NCBI GenBank assembly: GCA_964607155.1
Contig: CAZSIF010000002.1
Span: forward strand, 33,124-97,123
Reading direction: 5' to 3'
Source of the DNA: an uncultured Oscillospiraceae bacterium
Lineage (GTDB): Bacteria > Bacillota > Clostridia > Christensenellales > CAG-314
DNA length: 64,000 bases
Shown: one piece after another, positions 7,219 through 17,512 of the stretch
Layout of the letters: each line of letters starts with the position of its first letter
How positions within the stretch are numbered: position 1 is the stretch's first letter
The notes under the pieces: generated by a model
The model's database searches: none
Told to the model about the DNA's origin: nothing
The model's input: the letters and a program-made list of their open reading frames with translations, nothing else
Made by a program: the position numbers and the translations under genes

Positions 7219-8970
7219 ATGAAAAGACAAATTTTGACGGTTGTGCTTGCATTGGTACTTGTGCTTAGCCTTGTTGCTACGGTTGCTTGTACTGTGGAAT
7301 GCAAACACAATTATGTAGATGGCGTTTGCACAGAGTGCGGAGCACCGGACCCGGACGCCAAGAAAGACGACGGCGGCAACAATGGCGGCGGCGACCTTCC
7401 CGCGGGTATCCCTCAAACTAAAGCTGTAACGTATGTATTTAAGCTTGCCGATGGCAACGCTGCTATCCCTACTTACGTTTCTCCGTACATCACCGGAACG
7501 ACGGTTACCGATCCCGGTTTTGCAACTGGCACGGCAGCTGTTGAATTCACGGCTCTTGGCGAAACCGGTTGGTGGTATGCTGAATCTGACCTTGCTCCCA
7601 ATCCCGACGCAGAAGTATCCGATCCTTGGAACAACTATCAGCTTGTTCTCGGCTACAACAAATCAAGCGGACTTGGCGACGCTGACTGCGGACTTAAATG
7701 GAACGACTCCCTTAAGTCTGACGAATGCTTGGAATATGCTTACCCCACAAACCCCGCTTTTGAATATGAAGCAGGACAAAAGGTAATCAACCTTGGCACA
7801 CACACTTTCTCGACTATCCCCAGTGCACCCAACAAAGTTACAACTACACTTGTTGTAAAGTTTGAAAACGCTCTTCCCGAAGCTGCAACCGTTATCATCA
7901 TGGGCGGCATCAACGGTTGGGGTAATGACTCCTTTAACGAGGACGGCTCTCTCAAGGACGGCGAGGAAGCCAAACTTGTAATGGTTCCCAATGCAGACCG
8001 TACAGAGTACAGCATCAGAGTTGAAGATATCGTTACGGCAACGTACGAGTTCAAACTTGTTGTTCACAGCAAGGGCTGGGATAAGACCAATGGTACACGT
8101 TGGGGCGGTGTAGAATACGCAAACGAAGACGGCACTAACGGAAAGGTGGAAATTTCCACTCTCGATAACAACGAAACTATCGAGTTGTTTGACGGTGCAG
8201 CTCAAAAATACTCCGAGTCTACCGACGTTACAACAACTCTTGTTGCAAAATTTGCTTCTGCTCTTCCCGAAAGTGCAACCGTGGTAATTTTCGGTTCTAT
8301 GAACGGATGGGGCGATACATCGTTTGAAAATAAACAACTTAAGGACGAGGAAAGGGCTAAAATAATCCTTACTCCTAACGCTGAGCGCACAGAGTATTCA
8401 ATTGAAATGACTCTTGAAACCATCGAGTACAGCTTTAAGGTTGTTGTTTACGGAAATGGTTGGGACGGAAACGAAGATGTTCGTTGGAACGGCAAGCAAT
8501 ATGCCGGCGAGGACGGAACAGGCACTACTGATGCGAAAGTTACTCCTGCTGAAGGTAGAGTAGAACTGTTTGGTGGAGCCGCATTGCATTTTGAAGTAGT
8601 TACGGCTCACGAAGGCGATGTTACTATCACTATCAACTTTGCAGAAGCTCTTGCAGAGGGTAGCCACGTTGCTTTCATGGGAACAATGACTTCTTGGAGC
8701 TACAATAAGGATACTCACCTTATGACGGTTAGCGAGGATCGCAAATCCGCGACAATCACCATCAGTGGTCTTGAAAATAAAGATTACGAATGCAAATTTG
8801 TTGTTGTTGATAGTTCATTTGATGTTGACGGCACCAATATTTGGGTAGACGGTCGTATTGAAATCGGTCTTAACGGCGGCAATATTCCTGTTACAGTTAC
8901 TGCTGAAACCACATCCTTTACGGCTAACGTTGATGCAGAATACAAACTTATCGTTGATGCAGCCGAATAA
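7219..8970 (+). CDS. Surface lipoprotein built from four modules of about 130 aa resembling starch-binding (CBM20/25/26-style) domains
   Basis: AGGAGG RBS then ATG at 7219. Signal peptide with a lipobox-like ATVAC. Three modules start exactly 390 nt apart (7834, 8224, 8614), with TTTLV.KF..ALPE.ATV.I.G..NGWG and Y.FK.VV signatures. First gene of a maltodextrin transporter operon. The CBM family assignment is uncertain. Confidence 0.7.
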   Translation: MKRQILTVVLALVLVLSLVATVACTVECKHNYVDGVCTECGAPDPDAKKDDGGNNGGGDLPAGIPQTKAVTYVFKLADGNAAIPTYVSPYITGTTVTDPGFATGTAAVEFTALGETGWWYAESDLAPNPDAEVSDPWNNYQLVLGYNKSSGLGDADCGLKWNDSLKSDECLEYAYPTNPAFEYEAGQKVINLGTHTFSTIPSAPNKVTTTLVVKFENALPEAATVIIMGGINGWGNDSFNEDGSLKDGEEAKLVMVPNADRTEYSIRVEDIVTATYEFKLVVHSKGWDKTNGTRWGGVEYANEDGTNGKVEISTLDNNETIELFDGAAQKYSESTDVTTTLVAKFASALPESATVVIFGSMNGWGDTSFENKQLKDEERAKIILTPNAERTEYSIEMTLETIEYSFKVVVYGNGWDGNEDVRWNGKQYAGEDGTGTTDAKVTPAEGRVELFGGAALHFEVVTAHEGDVTITINFAEALAEGSHVAFMGTMTSWSYNKDTHLMTVSEDRKSATITISGLENKDYECKFVVVDSSFDVDGTNIWVDGRIEIGLNGGNIPVTVTAETTSFTANVDAEYKLIVDAAE

Positions 8971-9074
8971 TCAGGCAAACAAATGATATTTCTGCCGTGG
9001 TGGCGATTGTCGCCACGGCAGCTTTTATCTAACAAGCTTTATTAAACAAAAAATCCAAACAAGGAGTATTTGCG

Positions 9075-10619
9075 ATGAAAAAAAGATTACTTAGTATCGT
9101 TTTGTGCTTGATACTGGTTGCTTCGTGCGTGGCAGCGTTGACTGCATGTTCTGGCAATAAAAACAAGGTCATCATGATTTGGGGACCGGAGGAGCATCGT
9201 GATTTGTACGTTGCTTGGGCAAAAGAATTTCGTGATCAACATGCAGATGTGTTTGAAGGCTACGAGTTCGACTACGCCGGCAGCGGAGATAGTGGCGCAT
9301 ACGGAAACATGAAAGTTGACCCCACAAATGGCGCGGCAATCTATACCTTTGCCAACGACCAAATGGCAAACCTTGCCAACCTTGGCGCATTGTCCCCTCT
9401 TACAGATGCTGACGTAACATGGGCAAGGGAAAACAATATCGAATCGGCAGTGGAATCCACAAAAATGGGCTCGACCTACATGGCATATCCACTCCAAGCA
9501 GATAACGGATACTATCTGTACTACAACAAGGACGCTTTCCGCGGAACATCTATTTGGGATGCAACCAACGATTGCATTAAGGAAGACTTTACTTTCCGTG
9601 AAATGTATGCCGCTCTTGACGAAAGAGCAGTTGCAGAAGGCGGCAGCAAATGGGCTAACGGCAAAATCACTTGGGCGCTTGGCGATAGCTGGTACGTTAG
9701 CGGTGCATTCTTTGCGGTTGGCGGCGACTACGACGTTCAGTACGACGAAGACGGAAAACAAGTGTCTGCAACATGCTCGTTCGGTTACACCCTTCCTGAA
9801 GGCGAAACAAGCTACAAAAACGGTGATTATTCACTTGGCTTTGCGGCAGTGGAGTGTCTTGTAAACAGCTTTACCAATACAGACGGCACTGTTAACAAAC
9901 ACTACTACTACACCGATGGCGACAAAGCTCCGCTTAACGACTATATTTCTCTTCACATCAACGAAAATAACAATGCTGCTCAAGATGAACCTCTTGCAGC
10001 TGCAGTTTGCGGTACTTGGAAAGCTAACGAAATTCAAACATATTGGGGCGATAACTATGCGGCAACTTGGCTGCCCATGTTGGAAGATAACAGCGGCAAC
10101 AGATACGCTTTCAAAAACTTTGCAGGTTATAAAAACCTCGGCGTAAATCCGCTTTGCGAATTTGCGACGGCAAACGACACCAATATTGAAATTCTGCACG
10201 AAATGGCTAAGTTCCTTACAAGTAAGGAAGCTCAGCTTCAAAGATACCAAAAGACCGGCGCAGGTCCTTCCAACAAAGAAGCGCTTCAAGATTCTGCAGT
10301 TGCAGCAGACGTTGCATTGCTTGCATTGAACAAGCAATATGATCGTGTTTGCACATATCCCGCAGGAACAACGCGCAAGGACGCAGACGGCAACTCGCTT
10401 GCAGGCAAGCCCATCGGTAACGGACTGGGATTCCGCGTGCAGGATAGCGTTCCGGCAAACTACTGGACTCCTATTCAAAACTTCGGCAACAAGCTGTGGC
10501 AGGAGTACAACGCATTTACGACAAGCGGCACGGCGTTGGATAATTTTGCTCCCGGCAGCGATGAGTTAAAGAGGCAGTTGGCTCAACTTCAAACCGATAT
10601 CAGCCAAGCTGCGCAATAA
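9075..10619 (+). CDS. ABC transporter substrate-binding lipoprotein (family-1, maltodextrin/oligosaccharide type)
   Basis: Signal peptide with lipobox LTAC and an AAGGAG RBS. Followed directly by MalF/MalG-type permeases. Confidence 0.85.
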   Translation: MKKRLLSIVLCLILVASCVAALTACSGNKNKVIMIWGPEEHRDLYVAWAKEFRDQHADVFEGYEFDYAGSGDSGAYGNMKVDPTNGAAIYTFANDQMANLANLGALSPLTDADVTWARENNIESAVESTKMGSTYMAYPLQADNGYYLYYNKDAFRGTSIWDATNDCIKEDFTFREMYAALDERAVAEGGSKWANGKITWALGDSWYVSGAFFAVGGDYDVQYDEDGKQVSATCSFGYTLPEGETSYKNGDYSLGFAAVECLVNSFTNTDGTVNKHYYYTDGDKAPLNDYISLHINENNNAAQDEPLAAAVCGTWKANEIQTYWGDNYAATWLPMLEDNSGNRYAFKNFAGYKNLGVNPLCEFATANDTNIEILHEMAKFLTSKEAQLQRYQKTGAGPSNKEALQDSAVAADVALLALNKQYDRVCTYPAGTTRKDADGNSLAGKPIGNGLGFRVQDSVPANYWTPIQNFGNKLWQEYNAFTTSGTALDNFAPGSDELKRQLAQLQTDISQAAQ

Positions 10620-10727
10620 AATGTGTACGGCTGTTTTGGATACTTACTAAAACCACTTTCATGCTCGCCCTTTCCTTGTGTGGGAGAGGGCGAGTTTTGG
10701 AGTTGAAGCAACAAAAAGGAGTAGCCT

Positions 10728-12260
10728 ATGAGAAGAGTATCTTCACTTGAATACTTGTCCATGACAAAGCCCAGACGGGCATGGTACAAGTTTTATTCAT
10801 TCTTTTTGAATATTCCGTCGGCTATCGGTCGCTTTTTTGCCGCCATTCCTGCTAAAGTGTGGGCATTGTTGCAAAAAATCGGCGCGTGGTTTTCGACGTT
10901 TATCGACGCGCTTAGGTACGGCAACCTTCAAACGCGCCTTTCTGCCGTTATTTGGGGCTTCGGATGCTTTGCATACGGGCAAATTGGCAGAGGCGTGCTG
11001 TTTGCCGTGTACGAGGTGGCGTTCGTTCTATTTATGATCTTTTTCGGCTCGGTGTATCTTGCCGATTTCGGCACGTTGGGCACCAAGCAAATGCAAACCA
11101 CCGACCGTGGCACACCCATCGGCGACTACGACGATTCATTCATGATTTTGCTGTGCTCAATTTTGACAATTATCGTTATCGCGTTTACCGTTGTGGTGTT
11201 TATCAACTCGGTAAAGCAAGCTTACGACAATCAGCTTTCGTATGCAATCGCAAAGCGTATGCGTACAATGAAGGACGACATTAACTCCTTCAAAAACGAC
11301 AAGTTCCATCTTACTATTTTGGCATTTCCGTCGTTAACGCTGGTTGTGTTTACCGTTTTGCCGCTTATCTTTATGATTTTGGTAGCCTTTACCAACTATC
11401 ACCGCTCCACAATGCCGCCCAAAAACCTATTCACTTGGGTTGGGTTTGATAACTTTAAGGTTATGCTTACAGGCGAAGGTATGGGCGCAATGGCTCAGGA
11501 CGCGCGCGCTTACATGCACACATTCTGGTACATTTTGGAGTGGACGCTTATTTGGGCAGTAATCGCAACCTTTTCAAACCTGTTTTTGGGCATGTTTGTT
11601 GCGATACTTATCAACAAAAAGGGCATTCGCTTAAAAAAGCTGTGGCGTACCTGTTTGGTAACGGTCATTGCCGTTCCGCAGTTTATTTCGCTGTTGCTTG
11701 TATCCAAGATGTTCATTTCGGACGGCGGTATTATCAACTATCTGCTCAAATATGTTTTGGGACTGGAACCTGTCAAATGGTTGGACGGCAGCAGAACCAT
11801 GGCACAGTTTGTTATTATCATCGTTAACCTGTGGGTGGGCGTGCCCTTTACGGTGCTTACCTGTACGGGTATTTTGATGAACATTCCGTCCGACTTGTAC
11901 GAGGCGGCAAAAATCGACGGCGCAAGTCCGTTCAAAATGTTTGCAAAAATCACCTTCCCGTACATGATGTTCGTGCTTGGACCAAGCGTTATCACGTCGT
12001 TTACAGGCAACATAAACAACTTTAACATCATATTCTTGCTTACGGGCGGCAAATCGGGTGTGTATGCATCGGCAAACCTTGTTAGCTCCGCAGGCGACCT
12101 TGACCTGCTTATCACTTGGCTGTACAAGATGACGGTTGACACAAGCGACTACGACATGGCATCGGTTATCGGTATTTTGTTGTTCGTCGTTATCAGCTTC
12201 TTCTCGCTGATTGCCTACTCTCGCGTTGGCTCTGTTAAAAACGAGGAGGATTTCCAATAA
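10728..12260 (+). CDS. Sugar ABC transporter permease, MalF-like
   Basis: Multi-pass membrane protein with the EAA loop (EAAKIDGASPFKMFAKITFP). AAGGAG RBS 6 nt upstream. Confidence 0.85.
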   Translation: MRRVSSLEYLSMTKPRRAWYKFYSFFLNIPSAIGRFFAAIPAKVWALLQKIGAWFSTFIDALRYGNLQTRLSAVIWGFGCFAYGQIGRGVLFAVYEVAFVLFMIFFGSVYLADFGTLGTKQMQTTDRGTPIGDYDDSFMILLCSILTIIVIAFTVVVFINSVKQAYDNQLSYAIAKRMRTMKDDINSFKNDKFHLTILAFPSLTLVVFTVLPLIFMILVAFTNYHRSTMPPKNLFTWVGFDNFKVMLTGEGMGAMAQDARAYMHTFWYILEWTLIWAVIATFSNLFLGMFVAILINKKGIRLKKLWRTCLVTVIAVPQFISLLLVSKMFISDGGIINYLLKYVLGLEPVKWLDGSRTMAQFVIIIVNLWVGVPFTVLTCTGILMNIPSDLYEAAKIDGASPFKMFAKITFPYMMFVLGPSVITSFTGNINNFNIIFLLTGGKSGVYASANLVSSAGDLDLLITWLYKMTVDTSDYDMASVIGILLFVVISFFSLIAYSRVGSVKNEEDFQ

Positions 12261-13135
12261 TGAATAACGGTTTATTGAAAAAACGCCTTAAAAGCGGCGT
12301 GAGCAACGGGCTTACATACCTGTTTCTGTTTATTATTTCCGTAATTTGGGTGTTCCCCTTTGTGTACCTTATCGTAACGTCGCTGCGTGGCGAATCCACC
12401 GGCATTGTGCAGTACTTTTTCCCCAAACAGTGGTCGTTTGATAACTACATTTGGCTGTTTACGTCTAAGGACTCGTACTTTGTCGATTGGTACGTTAACA
12501 CGCTGCTTATATCGTTGGTGGTATCGGTTGTTAACACCATGATAACGCTGCTTACGGCGTATGCGCTATCTCGTATGCGTTTTAACGGTCGTAAAGCATT
12601 GATGAAGTTTATGCTTATCCTTGGCATGTTCCCCGGATTTTTGGGCATGATTTGTATCTACTATCTGCTTGACATCCTTGGACTTGTCGGCTCGTCGTCG
12701 AGTGTGTTCGGCTTAATGCTGGTGTATGTATCCGGTACAATGATGGGCTATATGGTAAGCAAAGGCTTTTTTGACACCATCCCCAAATCGCTGGACGAGG
12801 CAGCAATGATCGACGGCGCAAGTCGCGCAAAAATCTTTTGGTCAATCACGCTTCCGCTTAGCAAACCGATAATCATCCAAACGTTGCTTAGCGCATTTGT
12901 CGGTCCGTGGGGCGACTTTATGATGGCAAGCTACCTTGTTGGCAAAGGCGGTCAGCAATACTGGACGGTTGCAATCGGCCTTAAAAGCTGGGTGGATAGC
13001 ATGACGATGTATTCAAAGCACTTTACGCATTTCTGCGCGGGCGGTGTTGTGGTATCCATTTTGCCCATCGTGCTGTTCTTCTTTATGCAACGATTCTACG
13101 TCGAGGGGGTAACGGGTGGCTCTGTTAAGGGCTAA
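12260..13135 (+). CDS. Sugar ABC transporter permease, MalG-like
   Basis: EAA loop DEAAMIDGASRAKIFWSITLP. The ATG overlaps the upstream TAA by 1 nt (TAATG), which suggests translational coupling. Confidence 0.9.
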   Translation: MNNGLLKKRLKSGVSNGLTYLFLFIISVIWVFPFVYLIVTSLRGESTGIVQYFFPKQWSFDNYIWLFTSKDSYFVDWYVNTLLISLVVSVVNTMITLLTAYALSRMRFNGRKALMKFMLILGMFPGFLGMICIYYLLDILGLVGSSSSVFGLMLVYVSGTMMGYMVSKGFFDTIPKSLDEAAMIDGASRAKIFWSITLPLSKPIIIQTLLSAFVGPWGDFMMASYLVGKGGQQYWTVAIGLKSWVDSMTMYSKHFTHFCAGGVVVSILPIVLFFFMQRFYVEGVTGGSVKG

Positions 13136-13154
13136 TCATTCGCTCGATTGTATT

Positions 13155-14759
13155 ATGAAAAAACTCAAATTTATAGCCCTTGCGCTTGTGTTATTGCTAC
13201 TGTGTCCGGCGTTGTTTGCGTGCTCGGACGAGGAGCTGGAAATTAAACCGAGCGAGGGCAAAAACAGAACGTATTACGAAATTTTTCCGTATTCCTTTGC
13301 GGATAGCAACGGCGACGGAATAGGCGACATTAACGGCATTATTGCCAAGCTGGATTACATCGAGAACTTGCATTACGACGGCATTTGGCTTACTCCCGTG
13401 CATCAATCGACCACCTATCACAAGTACGACGTGGTGGACTACAAAACAATCGATTCGCAATTCGGCACGCTGGAGGACTACGACAGACTTGTATCGGAGT
13501 GTCACAAGCGCGGTATTAACATCATACTCGACCTTGTGTTCAACCACACAAGCGATCAGCACGAGTGGTTTACCAAGTGCGCAACGGCACATATGCGCCC
13601 CAATCGCGAGGATTTGCAGCAGTACAAGGATTATTACAATTTCGAGCCGTACACCGGCACTCTCAAGGAAGGCTACGAACGTTATGGTTCAAGTTTGATG
13701 TACGAGGCACGGTTTTGGTCGGGCATGCCGGATTTGAACCTGCAAAGCGTTTTGGATAATCCGAACGGTGCGCTTGCCAACGAGCTTAAAGAGATTATGC
13801 GCTTTTGGCTGATAGACCACAACGTGGACGGGTTCCGTCTGGATGCGGTTACAAGCTACTTTACAAGCGATTACGACAGAAACTTGCAGTTCCTTACTTG
13901 GCTCAACGAAACGGCAAAGGAAATTAAGCCGGATTGTTATATAGTAGGCGAAGGCTCGTGGGGTAACTCCGGTGAAAATCAACGTTATCAGGCAAGCGGC
14001 GTGGATAGCTTTTTCAACTTTGCCAATGGCTACAGCGCAGACGGCTACATTCCTTTTGCCGTAAAGGGGCAAAAAGCGGCATATTTGGCTAATATCGACG
14101 CCAAAAACGAAGTCTGTGCGGCAGGCGGTGTGCCCGCAACGTTTATCGGCAACCACGATACAGGTAGAGCATACGGGCTGCTTAACGGCTCAATAAACGT
14201 AAATTACGTCAAATGCGGCTACGGCTTGATGGCAATGTGCTACGGCGCAACCTTTGGCTATTACGGCGACGAGGTCGGCATGGTAGTGCTTGCGTCAAGT
14301 GGCGAAAATTCCTATAAGGATGAGGACAGGCGGCAGCCGATGCCTTGGGGCGATAGCTACACTTGCAAACCTGTAAAAGGCTCCACTGCTGGTACAGATG
14401 ACAAAAAGTATCCGCTTGGCACCGTTGCCGATCAGTTGAACGACAAAGATTCGTTGCTTAACTACGTTAAAAAAGCCAACGCGTTAAGGCGTAGCTTTCC
14501 GCAGATAGCAAGCAATGTTGCTAAAGAAGTTTTTGTCAATCGTGACCGTAATTTGTGCGTGGTATCCAAGGGCGAGGGCGATAGCCTTGTTTATATCGTT
14601 TGGAATGCGTCCACAACGAAAGAATTGACTTTTGACGTTTCCACCTTGCCTACCAAAGTGAGCTTGGCTGCAACACTTACCATCGACGGAAGGGCGGCGC
14701 TTAAAGGCGATACGCTCAAAATGCCGGCAATGTCCTTTGCCGTGTTAACAGTAAAATAG
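13155..14759 (+). CDS. Extracellular GH13 alpha-amylase-family lipoprotein
   Basis: Lipobox LFAC. GH13 conserved regions DLVFNHTS, DGFRLDAV, VGEGSW and FIGNHD. Confidence 0.85.
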   Translation: MKKLKFIALALVLLLLCPALFACSDEELEIKPSEGKNRTYYEIFPYSFADSNGDGIGDINGIIAKLDYIENLHYDGIWLTPVHQSTTYHKYDVVDYKTIDSQFGTLEDYDRLVSECHKRGINIILDLVFNHTSDQHEWFTKCATAHMRPNREDLQQYKDYYNFEPYTGTLKEGYERYGSSLMYEARFWSGMPDLNLQSVLDNPNGALANELKEIMRFWLIDHNVDGFRLDAVTSYFTSDYDRNLQFLTWLNETAKEIKPDCYIVGEGSWGNSGENQRYQASGVDSFFNFANGYSADGYIPFAVKGQKAAYLANIDAKNEVCAAGGVPATFIGNHDTGRAYGLLNGSINVNYVKCGYGLMAMCYGATFGYYGDEVGMVVLASSGENSYKDEDRRQPMPWGDSYTCKPVKGSTAGTDDKKYPLGTVADQLNDKDSLLNYVKKANALRRSFPQIASNVAKEVFVNRDRNLCVVSKGEGDSLVYIVWNASTTKELTFDVSTLPTKVSLAATLTIDGRAALKGDTLKMPAMSFAVLTVK

Positions 14760-14769
14760 GAGAAATTAT

Positions 14770-17382
14770 ATGTCAAATTTAAGTTTAAGACATTTATACA
14801 AGGTTTATCCCAACGGAGTCAAAGCTGTTAACGACTTCAATATGGAAATTCAGGATAGGGAGTTCATTGTATTTGTAGGCCCGTCCGGTTGCGGTAAATC
14901 CACAACGCTTCGTATGATTGCAGGTCTTGAGGAAATTACCGCCGGCGAATTGTACATCGGCGATACTTTTTCAAACCACATCGAACCCAAGGATAGAGAT
15001 ATAGCGATGGTTTTCCAAAACTATGCGCTTTATCCCCACATGACCGTGTACGAAAATTTGGCTTTCGGGCTTAATTTGCGTCACGTTCCGCAGGCGGAAA
15101 TTCATCAAAAAGTGCTTTGGGCGGCAAAAATACTTAAGTTGGAAGAGTATCTTGAACGTAAACCCAAGGCGTTATCCGGCGGTCAACGTCAGCGTGTTTC
15201 GTTAGGTCGAGCCATTTTGCGTACGCCAAAAGTTTTCCTTTTGGACGAGCCGCTTAGCAACCTCGATGCAAAATTGCGTACGGAAATGCGTGCGGAAATC
15301 GCAAAACTGCACCAGGAAATTGCAACGACATTTATTTATGTTACGCACGACCAAGTTGAAGCAATGACGATGGGTACAAGAATCGTCGTTATGAGCATGG
15401 GATATGTGCAACAAATCGATACGCCTCAAAACCTGTACAATTATCCGCAAAACAAGTTCGTGGCAGGCTTTATCGGCACGCCGCAAATGAACTTTTTCCC
15501 CGTAACGCTCAAACGTAACGGGGCAACGGTGGATATTCGTTTTGACGGCTTGGATACCGTTTTGACTATCCCGTTTGAAAAACTGCTAAAAGTTCGTCCG
15601 GAGTATCTAAACGGCGACAAAAAGGTTACGCTCGGCTTGCGTTGCGAACATCTTTCGGCGGACGAGGAGGTTGTTGCCAAGTCGGATAACGTAGTTAAGG
15701 TAAAAATTTCCCACTTTGAGGAACTTGGTAACGAAACGCTTATCTACGGCGATCTCAATTTGAATATGCACGGCTTGGGCGATTCCGAAACGGGCGTTAT
15801 CGTTAAGCAATACGGCGGAACGCACACGTCCAAAATCGGTGACGTTATTGATGTTGCCGTCAATATCGATAAGGCACACTTCTTTGATGCCGTTACGGAG
15901 CAAACCATTGCGCCGCGCGTGCCGCAGGATAACGTGTTCGACGGCAGGATAGAGGACGGCTCGGTGGAAATTCTCGGTCAGCGCATTGAGCTGCCGGAAG
16001 CGATAATCAAGCTGCTGGACGGCAAGACGTATTCGTCGGCTTCCGTTATAGTGCCTACCGACGCGTTTACCGCAGGCTCGATGCTTTCGGCTACGGTGAC
16101 GGATAAGGAAGTTATCAACGATGTTACCGTAACGCATCTTAAAAACGGCGAGCGCACCTTCTTTATGCTTGGCGCAAACGACTACGAAATCGGCGCGCAA
16201 GTCGGTTTGGATATCGACTTTACCAAGCTTTCTGTGTTTGATGCCGATAATAACGAAATTCTTGCGCCGTTGCCTGTGTACGATACGTTTGTGGGCTCGT
16301 ATTTTGACCGTGTTAACGCAAAACGTTCCGTGCAACAACTTGTTCACTACTACGGCGAACAACGCAAGGCAGAGCTTGCCAAGGCGGATAAACAGTTCCG
16401 CGACGAGCTTTCGACCGTAAAGGTTAACGAGGATATGGTAAAAGCCGTCAAGGCGGAATTTGCCGCTCAACGTTTGCGTATTCAGGAAGAAATGTCCTAC
16501 AAACTTGGCACCGAGGGCACAAGCAAGGATAGGCGCGATAAGATCAAGGTGCAAGCGAACCAGCAAATTGCCGAAGCAAAACTCGCCTGCCAAAACAGGG
16601 TAGAGGAGCTAAAGGCTCAAATGGCTGCTTATAGCAACCTTTCAGGCGCAGAGCAGCAGCAACGCAAGCAAGCAGAGGCGGATATTACTGCTAAGTACAA
16701 TAAAGCGCGTGAGGCTATCAACGCTAAGTACGATAAGCTTATCGCTACGGCGCAGGATAACGTTGCCGCGTTAGATGGCAAGCTGCTTCCCCTTGAACAA
16801 GGTCGTGCAGATAATGCCACCAAGCTTATCGGCGAAGAGGATGTCGCTTATGCTAAGCGTCGTGAGGAGCTTACCGCTCAGCTGGAAAAAGCCATTGTCG
16901 ATGCAGAAGCTAAGGTTCAATCTACTGTCGGTGAGGAGCGCGATGATGCCGTTGTGGCATTGAAGGACGCTAAGCGTAGCAAAAAGGATAGACTTGTTGA
17001 GCTTGCCGCAGAGCATGACCGCATCGTTGACGATATCGTGTTTGATTCCAAGGTGTTCACAACCTATATCAATGGTTGCTCGTTTGTATCCTCGTTGGAT
17101 ATCAACAAAAAGATAGTCAAAGGCTTGGGCGCACAACTGTTTTTAAGTCACTATCGTTTTGAAGTTCCGCACGATGCTTATAAACAAGGTGACGGAATAG
17201 AACTTACCGTTAAAGAAATGGTCGATTACGGCAACGCGAGATACGCAAAATGTGATTTGCACGGCGAAGTTGTTTATGTAAAGACCGAAAATAACTTTAA
17301 CGCAGGCGATAAACTTTCGGTTGTAATAGATATCGACAAATCGAGGATTTACGAAAATAAATTCGATATCAGGCTTTATTAG
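14770..17382 (+). CDS. MalK/MsmX-type sugar ABC ATPase with a C-terminal extension of about 490 aa (two extra TOBE-like modules plus a coiled coil)
   Basis: Walker A GPSGCGKST, signature LSGGQRQR, Walker B FLLDEPLSNLD and H-loop THD. The canonical regulatory domain ends near aa 385 (KAHFFD). The ORF then continues without a stop to 870 aa. Confidence 0.85.
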   Translation: MSNLSLRHLYKVYPNGVKAVNDFNMEIQDREFIVFVGPSGCGKSTTLRMIAGLEEITAGELYIGDTFSNHIEPKDRDIAMVFQNYALYPHMTVYENLAFGLNLRHVPQAEIHQKVLWAAKILKLEEYLERKPKALSGGQRQRVSLGRAILRTPKVFLLDEPLSNLDAKLRTEMRAEIAKLHQEIATTFIYVTHDQVEAMTMGTRIVVMSMGYVQQIDTPQNLYNYPQNKFVAGFIGTPQMNFFPVTLKRNGATVDIRFDGLDTVLTIPFEKLLKVRPEYLNGDKKVTLGLRCEHLSADEEVVAKSDNVVKVKISHFEELGNETLIYGDLNLNMHGLGDSETGVIVKQYGGTHTSKIGDVIDVAVNIDKAHFFDAVTEQTIAPRVPQDNVFDGRIEDGSVEILGQRIELPEAIIKLLDGKTYSSASVIVPTDAFTAGSMLSATVTDKEVINDVTVTHLKNGERTFFMLGANDYEIGAQVGLDIDFTKLSVFDADNNEILAPLPVYDTFVGSYFDRVNAKRSVQQLVHYYGEQRKAELAKADKQFRDELSTVKVNEDMVKAVKAEFAAQRLRIQEEMSYKLGTEGTSKDRRDKIKVQANQQIAEAKLACQNRVEELKAQMAAYSNLSGAEQQQRKQAEADITAKYNKAREAINAKYDKLIATAQDNVAALDGKLLPLEQGRADNATKLIGEEDVAYAKRREELTAQLEKAIVDAEAKVQSTVGEERDDAVVALKDAKRSKKDRLVELAAEHDRIVDDIVFDSKVFTTYINGCSFVSSLDINKKIVKGLGAQLFLSHYRFEVPHDAYKQGDGIELTVKEMVDYGNARYAKCDLHGEVVYVKTENNFNAGDKLSVVIDIDKSRIYENKFDIRLY

Positions 17383-17512
17383 TCGGTTAAAAGTAGCGCG
17401 CGGTTTTCGATGAAAACGACGTTACTTTTGCAACGATACAACAAAAGGTGGTTAAAGCGTACGCTTTGTGTGGTTTAACTGCCTTTTGCTGATTATAATT
17501 ATGGAGGAAAGT

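Noticed and set aside
15607-16593. Long antisense ORFs lying inside confidently assigned genes. Examples: 15607-16593, 48370-49251, 9087-9761, 7663-8337, 9831-10478, 46664-47323, 47232-47939, 11631-12257, 52493-53122.
   Set aside because: They lie entirely opposite genes with clear family motifs. Their translations are low-complexity and Arg/Cys/His-rich, and they lack RBSs. This is typical of shadow ORFs.
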